Shown: one piece after another, positions 18,170-27,546 of the stretch
Layout of the letters: each line of letters opens with the position of its first letter
Numbering within the stretch: the stretch's first letter is position 1
Source of the DNA: an uncultured Ruminococcus sp.
GTDB taxonomy: Bacteria; Bacillota; Clostridia; Oscillospirales; Acutalibacteraceae
Direction: 5' to 3'
NCBI GenBank assembly: GCA_964385735.1
Contig: CAYLQF010000001.1
Location: 1 to 42,492, forward strand
DNA: 42,492 nt
The notes under the pieces: generated by a model
What the model was told of the DNA's origin: nothing
Database searches by the model: none
Seen by the model: the letters and a program-made list of their open reading frames with translations, nothing else
Made by a program: the position numbers and the translations under genes

Positions 18170-20572
18170 ATGACCAATTATACCATTGCTCAGCTTACCT
18201 CTATGATAGAAAGAAAGCTTTCTCATAATTTCGGTGTAGCGCCGGAGCAGGCATCGGATGAGATTTTTTACAAGGCCTGTGTGCTTGTTTTGCTTGAAAT
18301 TATGGGTGAACGCAAGGCACAATTCAGAAAATCTGAGGTTGAACAGGGCGCAAAAACCGTATATTATCTGAGTATGGAATTTTTAATGGGGCGTTCACTA
18401 AAGAACAACCTTTATAATCTTGACCTTACCGATAAAATGGCAAAGGCGCTTGCAAAATTCAAGGTAAAGCTTGATAAGCTTTACGAATTTGAGCCGGATG
18501 CGGGTCTTGGTAACGGCGGTCTCGGAAGACTTGCCGCCTGCTTTCTTGATGCTCTTTCAAGCGGTAATTACAGCGCTATGGGCTATTGCATTAAGTATGA
18601 GCTCGGTATATTCAGGCAAAAGCTTGTTGACGGCTGGCAGACCGAAATGCCCGATTTTTGGCTTCCTGGTGGCAGCGTATGGCTTGAGCAGCGGCACTCT
18701 TCGGCAGTTGATGTTAAGTTTGACGGTCATATAGACGAATGGTGGGACAATAATTATCACCATGTTGAGCACAGGGATTACCAAACCGTTCATGCGGTGC
18801 CGTATGATTTAATGGTAGCCGGTAAGGGCGGTAAAACCGTTAATGTTTTAAGACTCTGGAGCGCAGAATGTCAGGACTTCGATATGACGGCATTCAATCA
18901 GGGAGATTATGTAAGAGCCCTTGAGCAGCGTGCCAACACAGAGGCTATATCAAAGGTTCTTTATCCGGAGGATAATCATATAGAGGGTAAGTCGCTGAGG
19001 CTAAGGCAGCAGTATTTCCTTGTTTCGGCTTCGGTTCAGGATATACTTGCCCGTCATATGAGAAGATACAGCACCCTTGATAATCTTCCCGAAAAGGTTG
19101 CTATTCATATAAACGATACCCATCCTACTCTCGCTATACCCGAGCTTATGAGGCTTTTGCTCGATGAATGCGGATATTCGTGGGAAAAGGCATGGGATAT
19201 AGTAAGAAGAACGGTTGCTTATACAAATCATACCATAATGTCGGAGGCTCTTGAGTGCTGGCAAATAGGTCTTTTCAAGCAAAGACTTCCGAGAATATAT
19301 CAGATAGTATGCGAAATAGACAGGAGATACCGTCAGGATGTGATAGCTCTTACAGGTGACGGAGAGCTTGCCGAGCGTACCGCTATTATACAAAACGGCG
19401 TTGTAAGAATGGCAAATCTTTGCGTTGCCGCCTGTCATACGGTAAACGGAGTTTCAAGACTTCACAGTAATATAATAACCGATGAGCTTTTCAACGATTA
19501 TTATAAGATGACTCCCGATAAATTTACCAATGTTACAAACGGAATTGCCCACCGTCGCTGGCTGTGTCAGGCAAACCCCGAGCTTTCTGCTTTTATAACC
19601 GAGCTTATAGGTAGCGGTTTTGTTAAGGATGCCTCCGAGCTGTCTAAGCTTTCTGCCTTTGAGAACGATAAATCGGTTCTTGAGAGGCTTGCCGCCATTA
19701 AGCGCTCGAATAAGCTTAGGCTTGCGGAATATATAAAGGACAATTGCGGGCTTTTGATGGATCCCGATTCGATAGTTGATATGCAGGTTAAGAGGCTGCA
19801 CGAGTATAAGCGACAGCACCTTAATGCTTTGCATATAATAACCGAATATCTTTATCTTAAAAACAATCCGAATGCTCCGTTCACACCCAAAACCTATGTT
19901 TTCGGTGCAAAGGCGGCCTCGGGATATCTCTTTGCAAAAGAGATAATTCAGATGATTTATAAGCTTTCGTGCGTTATAAACAACGACCGTACCGTAAACG
20001 ATAAATTAAGGGTAATATTCCTTGAGGATTACCGTGTTACCCTCGCCGAGCTTATGATTCCGGCTGCCGAAATAAGTGAGCAGATATCGCTTGCTTCAAC
20101 CGAAGCAAGCGGAACAAGTAATATGAAGTTTATGCTTAACGGAGCCATAACCCTCGGCACGGAGGACGGTGCAAATGTTGAAATACACGAGGCTGTGGGC
20201 GACGATAACATTATAATCTTCGGAATGAGGACACCGGAGGTTTTAAGACTTCAGAAGAACGGCTACAATCCGCTTTCCTATTATAATAACAATGCCGAGC
20301 TAAGGCAGGCTCTTGATTTTATAGGCAGAGGAATAGACGGTAAAAAATTCGATAATATTTATAATACCCTTAAGAATGTTGATCATTATATGGCACTTGC
20401 GGACTATGCGGATTATTGCTTGGCACAGAGGAAGGCAAGCGAGCTTTATTGCGATAAGCAGCGCTGGAACCGTATGTCGCTTAAAAATATAGCAAGCTCC
20501 GGAATATTCTCGGCTGACCGTTCCATTGCCGATTATGCCGACAACATTTGGGGTATAAAGCCGGTAGAGTAA
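18170..20572 (+). CDS. glgP: Glycogen/maltodextrin phosphorylase (GT35)
   Basis: 800-aa ORF with GLGNGGLGRLAACFLDA, the PLP-lysine motif EASGTSNMKFMLNGA and a RLHEYKRQ motif. Confidence 0.95.
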   Translation: MTNYTIAQLTSMIERKLSHNFGVAPEQASDEIFYKACVLVLLEIMGERKAQFRKSEVEQGAKTVYYLSMEFLMGRSLKNNLYNLDLTDKMAKALAKFKVKLDKLYEFEPDAGLGNGGLGRLAACFLDALSSGNYSAMGYCIKYELGIFRQKLVDGWQTEMPDFWLPGGSVWLEQRHSSAVDVKFDGHIDEWWDNNYHHVEHRDYQTVHAVPYDLMVAGKGGKTVNVLRLWSAECQDFDMTAFNQGDYVRALEQRANTEAISKVLYPEDNHIEGKSLRLRQQYFLVSASVQDILARHMRRYSTLDNLPEKVAIHINDTHPTLAIPELMRLLLDECGYSWEKAWDIVRRTVAYTNHTIMSEALECWQIGLFKQRLPRIYQIVCEIDRRYRQDVIALTGDGELAERTAIIQNGVVRMANLCVAACHTVNGVSRLHSNIITDELFNDYYKMTPDKFTNVTNGIAHRRWLCQANPELSAFITELIGSGFVKDASELSKLSAFENDKSVLERLAAIKRSNKLRLAEYIKDNCGLLMDPDSIVDMQVKRLHEYKRQHLNALHIITEYLYLKNNPNAPFTPKTYVFGAKAASGYLFAKEIIQMIYKLSCVINNDRTVNDKLRVIFLEDYRVTLAELMIPAAEISEQISLASTEASGTSNMKFMLNGAITLGTEDGANVEIHEAVGDDNIIIFGMRTPEVLRLQKNGYNPLSYYNNNAELRQALDFIGRGIDGKKFDNIYNTLKNVDHYMALADYADYCLAQRKASELYCDKQRWNRMSLKNIASSGIFSADRSIADYADNIWGIKPVE

Positions 20573-20575
20573 GCT

Positions 20576-22438
20576 ATGCAGTATTATCCGTTTGATTCGA
20601 GAAATCCGCTTTATTCGAAAAGTATAGGAGCCTTGGCTTCGGGGGAAACCCTGAGGCTGAGGCTGTTGCTGCATAATGACGCTCATTGCCATAATGCCTA
20701 TGTGGTTTTACAGCGTGACGGAGAGCCTCCGTGGGAGGTAAGGCTTGAGCCGAAGGAATGGCTTGAGGACTACAGATTTTACGACTGTGCCGTGCCTCTC
20801 GGTGAGGGGCTTTATTGGTACTATTTCAGATACGAAAGTGATTACGGCGAATTTTTGGTTACTAAAACCGAAGCCTCTCTCGGCATTGTTTCAAGGGACG
20901 GTGCAAAATGGCAAAAAACCGTATATGACAGCGATTATGAAACACCCGACAGGCTCAGCGGGGGGATAATTTATCAGATTTTTCCCGACAGTTTTTTTTC
21001 CTCCGGCTCCGCCAAAAAGGGTGTACCCGAGGATAGATTTATAAAAACGGACATATTATCTCAGCCCGAGCACCGACAAAATAACGGCCCATGCAGCCTC
21101 GGAAACGATTATTACTGCGGTGATTTAAAGGGGATAGAGGAAAAGCTTGATTATATAGAAAGCCTCGGCGTCAGCATAATTTATTTAAATCCTGTTTTCG
21201 AAGCACATTCGAATCACAGATACAACACGGCGGATTATATGAAAATCGACCCTATGCTCGGAGATGAAAGCGACCTTAAGTCTCTCTGTGCAGCAGCGGA
21301 AAAGCGGGGTATAACCGTTATTTTGGACGGTGTTTTTTCCCACACGGGTGACGACAGCGTTTATTTTAACAAATATCGCCGTTACGGAGACGGCGGCGCC
21401 TATAACGACCGAAGCGGCGAATATTCCAAATGGTATACCTTTGTGAATTATGAGTGTGGCTACAAGGCTTGGTGGGGAGTTCCCTCACTACCCGAAACAA
21501 ATGAGGAGGACCCCTCTTTTTCGGAATTCATAACGGGTGAAAACGGCGTTTTAAGGCATTGGCTCAGGCTTGGTGCGGGCGGCTGGAGGCTCGATGTTGC
21601 CGATGAGCTTCCGGACGGCTTTCTCGATAAAGTCAGGTCTGCCGTAAAGGCAGAAAACAGGGAAGCCTTTATCTTAGGTGAGGTTTGGGAGGATGCTTCC
21701 AATAAAATCAGCTACGGAGCTCGTAGGAGATTTTTAAGAGGCAGGCAGCTTGATTCGGTTATGAATTATCCTTTTGCCGAGGCTGTAATTTCCTTTGTCT
21801 GCAAGGGCGACAGCTACGGCTTGAATAACACCGTGCTTGATATAACGGAAAACTATCCGCCGCAATCGGTAAGGCTTTTGATGAATCATATAGGAACTCA
21901 CGATACGGCAAGGGCAATAACCGCAATAGCGAGGTATTCGCAGTACTGCGGAGACAGGCAGTGGCAGTCCGAGCAAATACTGAGCGAGGAGGAATATTTA
22001 AGGGCTGTTGTTCTTCTTAAGGCTGCGGCGGTAATCCAGTATACTCTTCCGGGTCTGCCCTCTCTTTATTACGGCGACGAGGCTGGTCTTTCGGGCTACG
22101 GAGACCCGTTTTGCAGGGCTGCCTATCCGTGGGGCAAGGAGGATAAAGCTCTGCTTGAATTTTATAAGGAGCTGGGAGCATTCAGAAGAAATACCGAGGC
22201 GTTTAAGAACGGCGGATATACGCCCCTTTGCTGCTCAGACGGCTTTATTGTTTTTCTTCGCAGTTTTGGCGACAGTGCTGCGGTTACTGCGGTAAATGTT
22301 TCAAACGAAGAAAAAGTCTTCTCCCTTTCAGATAAAATGTCAAAATACAGCTCATACCTCGGCTGCCGACCCGAAAACGGCGTAATAGCTCTCGGCTACG
22401 GAGAGTACTGCATTCTGAATATAGAGCTTTACTCTTGA
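20576..22438 (+). CDS. GH13 alpha-amylase-family enzyme (neopullulanase/cyclomaltodextrinase-like)
   Basis: GH13 conserved regions are present: DGVFSHTG, GGWRLDVADE, ILGEVWED, MNHIGTHDT. It starts 3 nt after the glgP stop. Confidence 0.85.
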   Translation: MQYYPFDSRNPLYSKSIGALASGETLRLRLLLHNDAHCHNAYVVLQRDGEPPWEVRLEPKEWLEDYRFYDCAVPLGEGLYWYYFRYESDYGEFLVTKTEASLGIVSRDGAKWQKTVYDSDYETPDRLSGGIIYQIFPDSFFSSGSAKKGVPEDRFIKTDILSQPEHRQNNGPCSLGNDYYCGDLKGIEEKLDYIESLGVSIIYLNPVFEAHSNHRYNTADYMKIDPMLGDESDLKSLCAAAEKRGITVILDGVFSHTGDDSVYFNKYRRYGDGGAYNDRSGEYSKWYTFVNYECGYKAWWGVPSLPETNEEDPSFSEFITGENGVLRHWLRLGAGGWRLDVADELPDGFLDKVRSAVKAENREAFILGEVWEDASNKISYGARRRFLRGRQLDSVMNYPFAEAVISFVCKGDSYGLNNTVLDITENYPPQSVRLLMNHIGTHDTARAITAIARYSQYCGDRQWQSEQILSEEEYLRAVVLLKAAAVIQYTLPGLPSLYYGDEAGLSGYGDPFCRAAYPWGKEDKALLEFYKELGAFRRNTEAFKNGGYTPLCCSDGFIVFLRSFGDSAAVTAVNVSNEEKVFSLSDKMSKYSSYLGCRPENGVIALGYGEYCILNIELYS

Positions 22439-22520
22439 TTAAAATTGCCGTATGTGATATCATATAATGAGATGTTGTGTAAAAGGTATTAAAGCCGGTA
22501 GGCAATTTTGGAGGAGTAGT

Positions 22521-23339
22521 ATGTCTGATAACAGACCCATAGGCATTTTCGATTCCGGTCTTGGGGGCCTTACGGTAGTAAAGGAAATATCAAAGCTTTT
22601 GCCTGAAGAGGATATTATATATTTCGGGGATACCGGCAGAGTGCCTTATGGTACAAAGGGCGATGAAACTATCAGAAAATATGCTTTGCAGGACGAGAGG
22701 TTTCTCGCCTTAAAGGGCGTTAAAATTATTGTTGCCGCCTGCGGAACGGTATCGTCGGTAGCACCTGATACGGCAAGTGCTTTAAGCGTTCCCTTTGTTG
22801 AGGTTATCTCACATTCGGTAAATGCCGCAGTTAAGGCAACGAAAAACAAAAAAATAGGAATTCTCGCAACTCCGGCAACCGTAAACAGCGGTGCACACAA
22901 AAAGAAAATACTTTCTCTTATGCCTGAGGCCGAGGTTGTCGAGAGCGCCGCAGCGCTCTTGGTTTCACTCGTCGAGGAGGGCTGGGTATCGGCAGAGGAT
23001 TTAACCGTTAAGGAAATTACAAGGCGGTATCTTGAGCCGATGATAGCTGCAGGTGTTGATACGGTTATTCTCGGATGTACGCATTTTCCGGTGCTTTCCG
23101 AGGTTATACAAAAAATAATGGGAGACGGTGTTTGCCTGATAAATATGGGCTGCGAAACCGCAAAGGCGGTTTACGCTATGCTCAGCTCAAGCGGCAGTCT
23201 TTGCGAGGGCGGAAGGCTCGGAAGACACAGCTTTTTTGTTTCGGACAGACCGCAGGCCTTTAAAAAAACCGCTGCGGTTTTGTTAAACGAAGAAATAGAT
23301 GATAAAAAGGTAATACAGGTGGATATAAATTCGATATGA
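22521..23339 (+). CDS. murI: Glutamate racemase
   Basis: IGIFDSGLGGLTV, the AACGT Cys motif and GCTHFP. ATG at 22521 follows GGAGG; the track start at 22467 has no SD. Confidence 0.9.
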   Translation: MSDNRPIGIFDSGLGGLTVVKEISKLLPEEDIIYFGDTGRVPYGTKGDETIRKYALQDERFLALKGVKIIVAACGTVSSVAPDTASALSVPFVEVISHSVNAAVKATKNKKIGILATPATVNSGAHKKKILSLMPEAEVVESAAALLVSLVEEGWVSAEDLTVKEITRRYLEPMIAAGVDTVILGCTHFPVLSEVIQKIMGDGVCLINMGCETAKAVYAMLSSSGSLCEGGRLGRHSFFVSDRPQAFKKTAAVLLNEEIDDKKVIQVDINSI

Positions 23340-23758
23340 AAAAAGAAGTTCTTATAAACATAAGCTCAAGGCAGCTTACAGCAGGTCAGAGGGATAATTC
23401 AGAGCTTTCGCTTTGCGGGCAAATGGAGGAAGAAAACGGAGAGCTAAGGCTTATTTATGATGAAAGCAAGGCCTTAGGCGAAAAAAATGTTTTAACAACC
23501 GTCTCTTTCCTTGAAAACGGTACGGCGGTTATTGAAAGAAACGGAAGCCTTTCGACAAGGCTTGTCTTAGAGCCGGGGAAGCGTAATAATTCGCTTTACA
23601 GTACGCCCTACGGTGATATGCTGATAGGGGTTTTTTGTAACTTTATTACAAATGAGCAGACCGTGCTCGGAAGAAAAATAGTTATGGATTACACGATTGC
23701 TTCAAACTGCCGAGAAATAAGCAAAAACAGCGTTACAATAAGAATAAAAGAGGTATAG
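23336..23758 (+). CDS. DUF1934 (YwiB-like) protein
   Basis: 140-aa ORF with an ATGA overlap onto murI, immediately upstream of argS as is typical in Firmicutes. Motif TRLVLEPGKRNNSLYSTPYGDMLIGV. Confidence 0.7.
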   Translation: MKKEVLINISSRQLTAGQRDNSELSLCGQMEEENGELRLIYDESKALGEKNVLTTVSFLENGTAVIERNGSLSTRLVLEPGKRNNSLYSTPYGDMLIGVFCNFITNEQTVLGRKIVMDYTIASNCREISKNSVTIRIKEV

Positions 23759-23761
23759 CAT

Positions 23762-25450
23762 ATGTCAGTTCTGGTTGAAAAAGCCAAAAATCAAATAGAA
23801 GCGGCGCTTATTAAGGCGGCCGAGAGCGCTATGAAAAAAGGAGAGCTTGAGGAAAAGGAGCTTACCGCATTTGCGGTAGAGGCTCCGGCGAACAGAGCTA
23901 ACGGTGACTATGCGGCAAATGCGGCGCTTGTTTGGGCTAGGGTTTTTCATAAGGCTCCGGCGCAGATAGCCGAAATTTTGCTTAAAAACCTTGAGCTTTC
24001 GGGACTGTATGCGGTAAAGGTCGAGTGTGCAGGCCCGGGGTTTATAAATTTTTTCCTTTCAGATGCCTATTATGCCGACATTCTTTCCGATATAGAAGCA
24101 AAGGGCTCGGATTACGGCAGAAGTGATTACGGTAAGGGCAAAAGGGTTTTGGTTGAGTTCGTTTCGGCAAACCCCACGGGACCTATGCATATAGGAAATG
24201 CAAGAGGCGGCGCCTTGGGAGACTGTCTTGCTGCGGTTATGGAGGCAGCAGGATATTATACCGAGCGGGAATTTTATATAAATGATGCCGGAAATCAGAT
24301 AAACAAATTTGCTCTTTCGTTGGATATCAGATACCGTCAGCTTTACGAGGACGGGATTGAGATGCCCGAGGATAGCTACCACGGTGACGATATCGTTGCT
24401 CATGCAAGGGCATTTGCCGAAATAAACGGCGACTCCTATATGAATAAGCCCGAAGATGAGCGCAGAGCGGCACTTGTCGAATTTGCGTTGCCTAAAAATA
24501 TACAGGGTCTTAAGGATGACCTTAAGAAATACAGAATAGAATACGATACATGGTTTAATGAAAGCTCGCTGCATAAAAACGGTGAGACAAAAAGAATTAT
24601 TGAGCTTTTGAAGAAAAGCGGGTATACCTACGAGAGTGAGGGTGCATTGTGGTTTAAGGCTACCGATTTCGGCTGTGATAAGGACTTTGTGCTTGTAAGG
24701 GCTAACGGTGTGCCTACATATGTTGTACCGGATATCGCTTATCATTACAATAAGCTTGAAATAAGAAAATTCGATAAGGCGATAGATGTTCTCGGGGCAG
24801 ACCATCATGGCTATGTTCCCCGCCTTAAGGCAGCACTTACGGCACTCGGCGTTGATGCACAGCGCCTTGATGCGGTGCTTATGCAAATGGTTCGTCTTGT
24901 AAGGGACGGCGAGGTTATTAAGGCCTCAAAGCGTTCGGGCAAGGCCATAACGCTTGTAACTCTTCTTGATGAGGTTCCGATAGATGCCGCAAGATTTTTC
25001 TTTAATCTAAGAGAGCCCAACAGCCATTTCGATTTTGATCTTGACCTTGCGGTAAGCGAGTCCTCAAGCAATCCCGTTTACTATGTTCAGTATGCTTATG
25101 CGAGAATATGCAGCATTTTCAGAAATCTTGAGGCTGAGGGAATAAGCACAAGAAAAGCTACAAGGGACGAGCTTATGCTTCTTTCAACACCGGAGGAAAG
25201 AGAGCTTATTCTTCATCTTGCGGCATATACAGGCGAGATTATACAGTCTGCAAGGGCTTATGACCCCGCAAGAATTACCCATTATGCGTTAGAGCTTGCA
25301 ACGAAATTCCATAAATTTTACGCTTCATGCAGGGTAAAGGGCATAGATGAAGGACTTATGAGTGCAAGGCTTTCGCTTTGCAGAGCTACGGCAACGGTTA
25401 TTAAAAATGTTCTTGATATGCTCAAGGTTTACGCACCCGAGAAAATGTAA
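23762..25450 (+). CDS. argS: Arginine--tRNA ligase
   Basis: 562-aa class I aaRS with the HIGH-type motif PTGPMHIGNARG and an ArgRS C-terminal anticodon-binding region. Confidence 0.95.
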   Translation: MSVLVEKAKNQIEAALIKAAESAMKKGELEEKELTAFAVEAPANRANGDYAANAALVWARVFHKAPAQIAEILLKNLELSGLYAVKVECAGPGFINFFLSDAYYADILSDIEAKGSDYGRSDYGKGKRVLVEFVSANPTGPMHIGNARGGALGDCLAAVMEAAGYYTEREFYINDAGNQINKFALSLDIRYRQLYEDGIEMPEDSYHGDDIVAHARAFAEINGDSYMNKPEDERRAALVEFALPKNIQGLKDDLKKYRIEYDTWFNESSLHKNGETKRIIELLKKSGYTYESEGALWFKATDFGCDKDFVLVRANGVPTYVVPDIAYHYNKLEIRKFDKAIDVLGADHHGYVPRLKAALTALGVDAQRLDAVLMQMVRLVRDGEVIKASKRSGKAITLVTLLDEVPIDAARFFFNLREPNSHFDFDLDLAVSESSSNPVYYVQYAYARICSIFRNLEAEGISTRKATRDELMLLSTPEERELILHLAAYTGEIIQSARAYDPARITHYALELATKFHKFYASCRVKGIDEGLMSARLSLCRATATVIKNVLDMLKVYAPEKM

Positions 25451-25464
25451 GGAGGAGCTGTGAT

Positions 25465-26931
25465 ATGGTTAGGGACAACAGAAATCTTACAATGATAATG
25501 GACCTGTATGAGCTCACTATGGCAAACGGAATATTCAAAAGCGAGCTTAAGGACGATATTACATATTTTGATATGTTCTTCAGGCGTATTCCGGATGACG
25601 GCGGCTATGCCATTATGGCGGGTGTTGAACAGCTTATCGAGTATCTTAACAACCTGCATTTTAATGATGACGATATCGAGTATTTAAAGGGTCTTAACCT
25701 TTTCTGTGATGAATTTATCGATTATCTTAAAAGCTTTAAATTTTCCTGCGATGTATGGGCTGTACCCGAGGGCACTCCGATATTTCCGCATGAGCCGATT
25801 GTAACCGTAAAGGGTCCTGCAATGCAGGCTATGATGATAGAAACTATGCTTCTTTTAACGATAAATCATCAGTCGCTCATAGCAACTAAGGCAAATAGGA
25901 TAGTAAGGGCAGCACAGGGCAGACCTGTTATGGAGTTTGGAGCACGCAGAGCCCAAGGAGCGGATGCCGCATATTACGGAGCAAGAGCGGCGATAATAGG
26001 CGGCTGTGTAGGAACCTCCGACATAAGAACTGCTAAGGATTACGGTGTTCCTGCTTCGGGCACTATGGCGCACAGCTGGGTTCAGCTGTTTGACAGCGAA
26101 TACGAGGCCTTTAAGACCTATGCCGAAAATTATCCGGATAGCTGCCTTCTGCTTGTTGATACATTTAATGTTATACATTCGGGTATACCGAATGCAATCA
26201 AGGTGTTTAACGAGGTTTTAAAGCCTCTCGGAAAGCATCCACTCGGAATAAGGATAGACAGCGGTGATATAACCTATATTACCAAAAAGGCAAGAAAAAT
26301 GCTTGACGATGCCGGCTATCCGGACTGTAAAATATGCGTTTCGAATTCTTTGGATGAATATCTTATTCGTGATATGATATTTCAGGGAGCAAGGGTTGAC
26401 AGCTACGGTGTCGGCGAAAGGCTTATAACCTCTTCGAGCGAGGCGGTTTTCGGCGGTGTTTACAAGCTTGCCGCAACCGAAAAAAACGGAGTTATCACGC
26501 CGAAGATAAAGATAAGCGAAAACACGGCGAAAATAACCCTGCCCGGTGTTAAAATTCCGTGGCGACTTTACGACAGGCAAAGCGGAAAGGCGATAGCCGA
26601 TGTTATAACCCTGAATTACGAAAAAATAGATTCCTCCGAGCCTTATGAAATATTTGACCCCGACCATACATGGAAGCGAAAGGTTGTTAAAGGCTTTGTT
26701 GCAAGGAAGCTTCAGGTAAAGATATTCGAAAAGGGAGCGCAGGTTTACGAATCACCTTCGGTAAGTGAGATATCGAAGCGCAGAGAGCAGGAGGTTGAGT
26801 CTCTCTGGGATGAGGTTAAACGGTTTGAAAAGCCTCATACATATTATGTTGATTTATCGGAAGACCTTTGGCAGCAAAGAGATGCCCTTTTAAATGAGCT
26901 TTCCTACAGGCAAATGCTTGAAAATAAATAA
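25465..26931 (+). CDS. pncB: Nicotinate phosphoribosyltransferase
   Basis: 488-aa ORF with an NAPRTase-like N-terminus (MDLYELTMANG) and the GTMAHSWVQ motif. An AGGAGG SD is present. Confidence 0.9.
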   Translation: MVRDNRNLTMIMDLYELTMANGIFKSELKDDITYFDMFFRRIPDDGGYAIMAGVEQLIEYLNNLHFNDDDIEYLKGLNLFCDEFIDYLKSFKFSCDVWAVPEGTPIFPHEPIVTVKGPAMQAMMIETMLLLTINHQSLIATKANRIVRAAQGRPVMEFGARRAQGADAAYYGARAAIIGGCVGTSDIRTAKDYGVPASGTMAHSWVQLFDSEYEAFKTYAENYPDSCLLLVDTFNVIHSGIPNAIKVFNEVLKPLGKHPLGIRIDSGDITYITKKARKMLDDAGYPDCKICVSNSLDEYLIRDMIFQGARVDSYGVGERLITSSSEAVFGGVYKLAATEKNGVITPKIKISENTAKITLPGVKIPWRLYDRQSGKAIADVITLNYEKIDSSEPYEIFDPDHTWKRKVVKGFVARKLQVKIFEKGAQVYESPSVSEISKRREQEVESLWDEVKRFEKPHTYYVDLSEDLWQQRDALLNELSYRQMLENK

Positions 26932-26948
26932 AATAAAGGACTGATAAT

Positions 26949-27545
26949 ATGAAAAACATTAAAGTCTGCGTAGCTTTAATAATGTGCCTTGTTATTTGCG
27001 GGAGCCTTGCTGCCTGCGGCAGTGAAAAAACCGAGAGGATAGGCGTTGATGTTTCGTATTATGCCAATCTCGGAAAAATAAAGGAATGTGATTTTGCATT
27101 GGGCGATAACGGCGAAGCACTTGTTGCGCAAATCAACGAAAGGATTTCTTCTCAGGAGGATAGCGAGGATGAGCTGCACGAGCATTCCGATGCCGATAGT
27201 GACGAAATAGAATACTGCAATACCTATGAGGGTGATGGTTATGTTTCGGTTGATATTCCGGGGATGACCTTCAGATATGACAGTGAAAGCAAAAAAATAT
27301 ACCGTATTGCTTCTATGAAGGAGGCATATGGCTTTAAAATCGGAACCGTATCAATAGAAATACAAAAGGCTATGAGCTCATACGGTCTTGATTCCGAGGA
27401 AAGAAGCCTTACCGAGGAGGAACGCCTTATGGTGGCAGGTGCCGAAAGCGATACCTGCCTTGAATACAAATTCGGTGATAATTATGTGCTTTTCTTTTTC
27501 TCGGAAAACGCTCTTTATGCAACGGTAATTTACAGCGGTGAATAA
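26949..27545 (+). CDS. Hypothetical lipoprotein
   Basis: Lipobox VICGSLAAC/GS. 198 aa, acidic, with no family I recognise. Confidence 0.55.
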   Translation: MKNIKVCVALIMCLVICGSLAACGSEKTERIGVDVSYYANLGKIKECDFALGDNGEALVAQINERISSQEDSEDELHEHSDADSDEIEYCNTYEGDGYVSVDIPGMTFRYDSESKKIYRIASMKEAYGFKIGTVSIEIQKAMSSYGLDSEERSLTEEERLMVAGAESDTCLEYKFGDNYVLFFFSENALYATVIYSGE

Positions 27546-27546
27546 T

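Noticed and set aside
22441-22509. A 9-bp perfect inverted repeat AAAATTGCC ... GGCAATTTT separated by 51 nt between the GH13 gene and murI. The palindrome core TGATATCA is also seen at about 38738 and about 16849.
   Set aside because: The stem is AT-rich with a very large loop and is unlikely to be stable. A TATAAT at 22463-22468 between the arms suggests the 5' arm may not even be transcribed with murI. Three copies of an 8-bp palindrome in 42 kb is close to chance expectation.
24059-24886. Long antisense ORFs opposite well-supported genes. Examples: 275 aa at 24059-24886 opposite argS; 31323-31988 opposite asnS; 28471-29064 and 29398-29979 opposite lon; 10643-11242 opposite infB; 41041-41595 opposite cotH; 5288-5806 opposite the phosphoesterase; 8465-8959 and 9155-9754 opposite nusA; 37934-38416 opposite the HK gene.
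   Set aside because: Each lies fully inside a gene with unmistakable family motifs on the other strand. Their translations are Arg/Leu/Cys/Phe/Ile-rich with no recognisable motifs or SD sites. This is what shadow ORFs look like in a genome with this codon bias.
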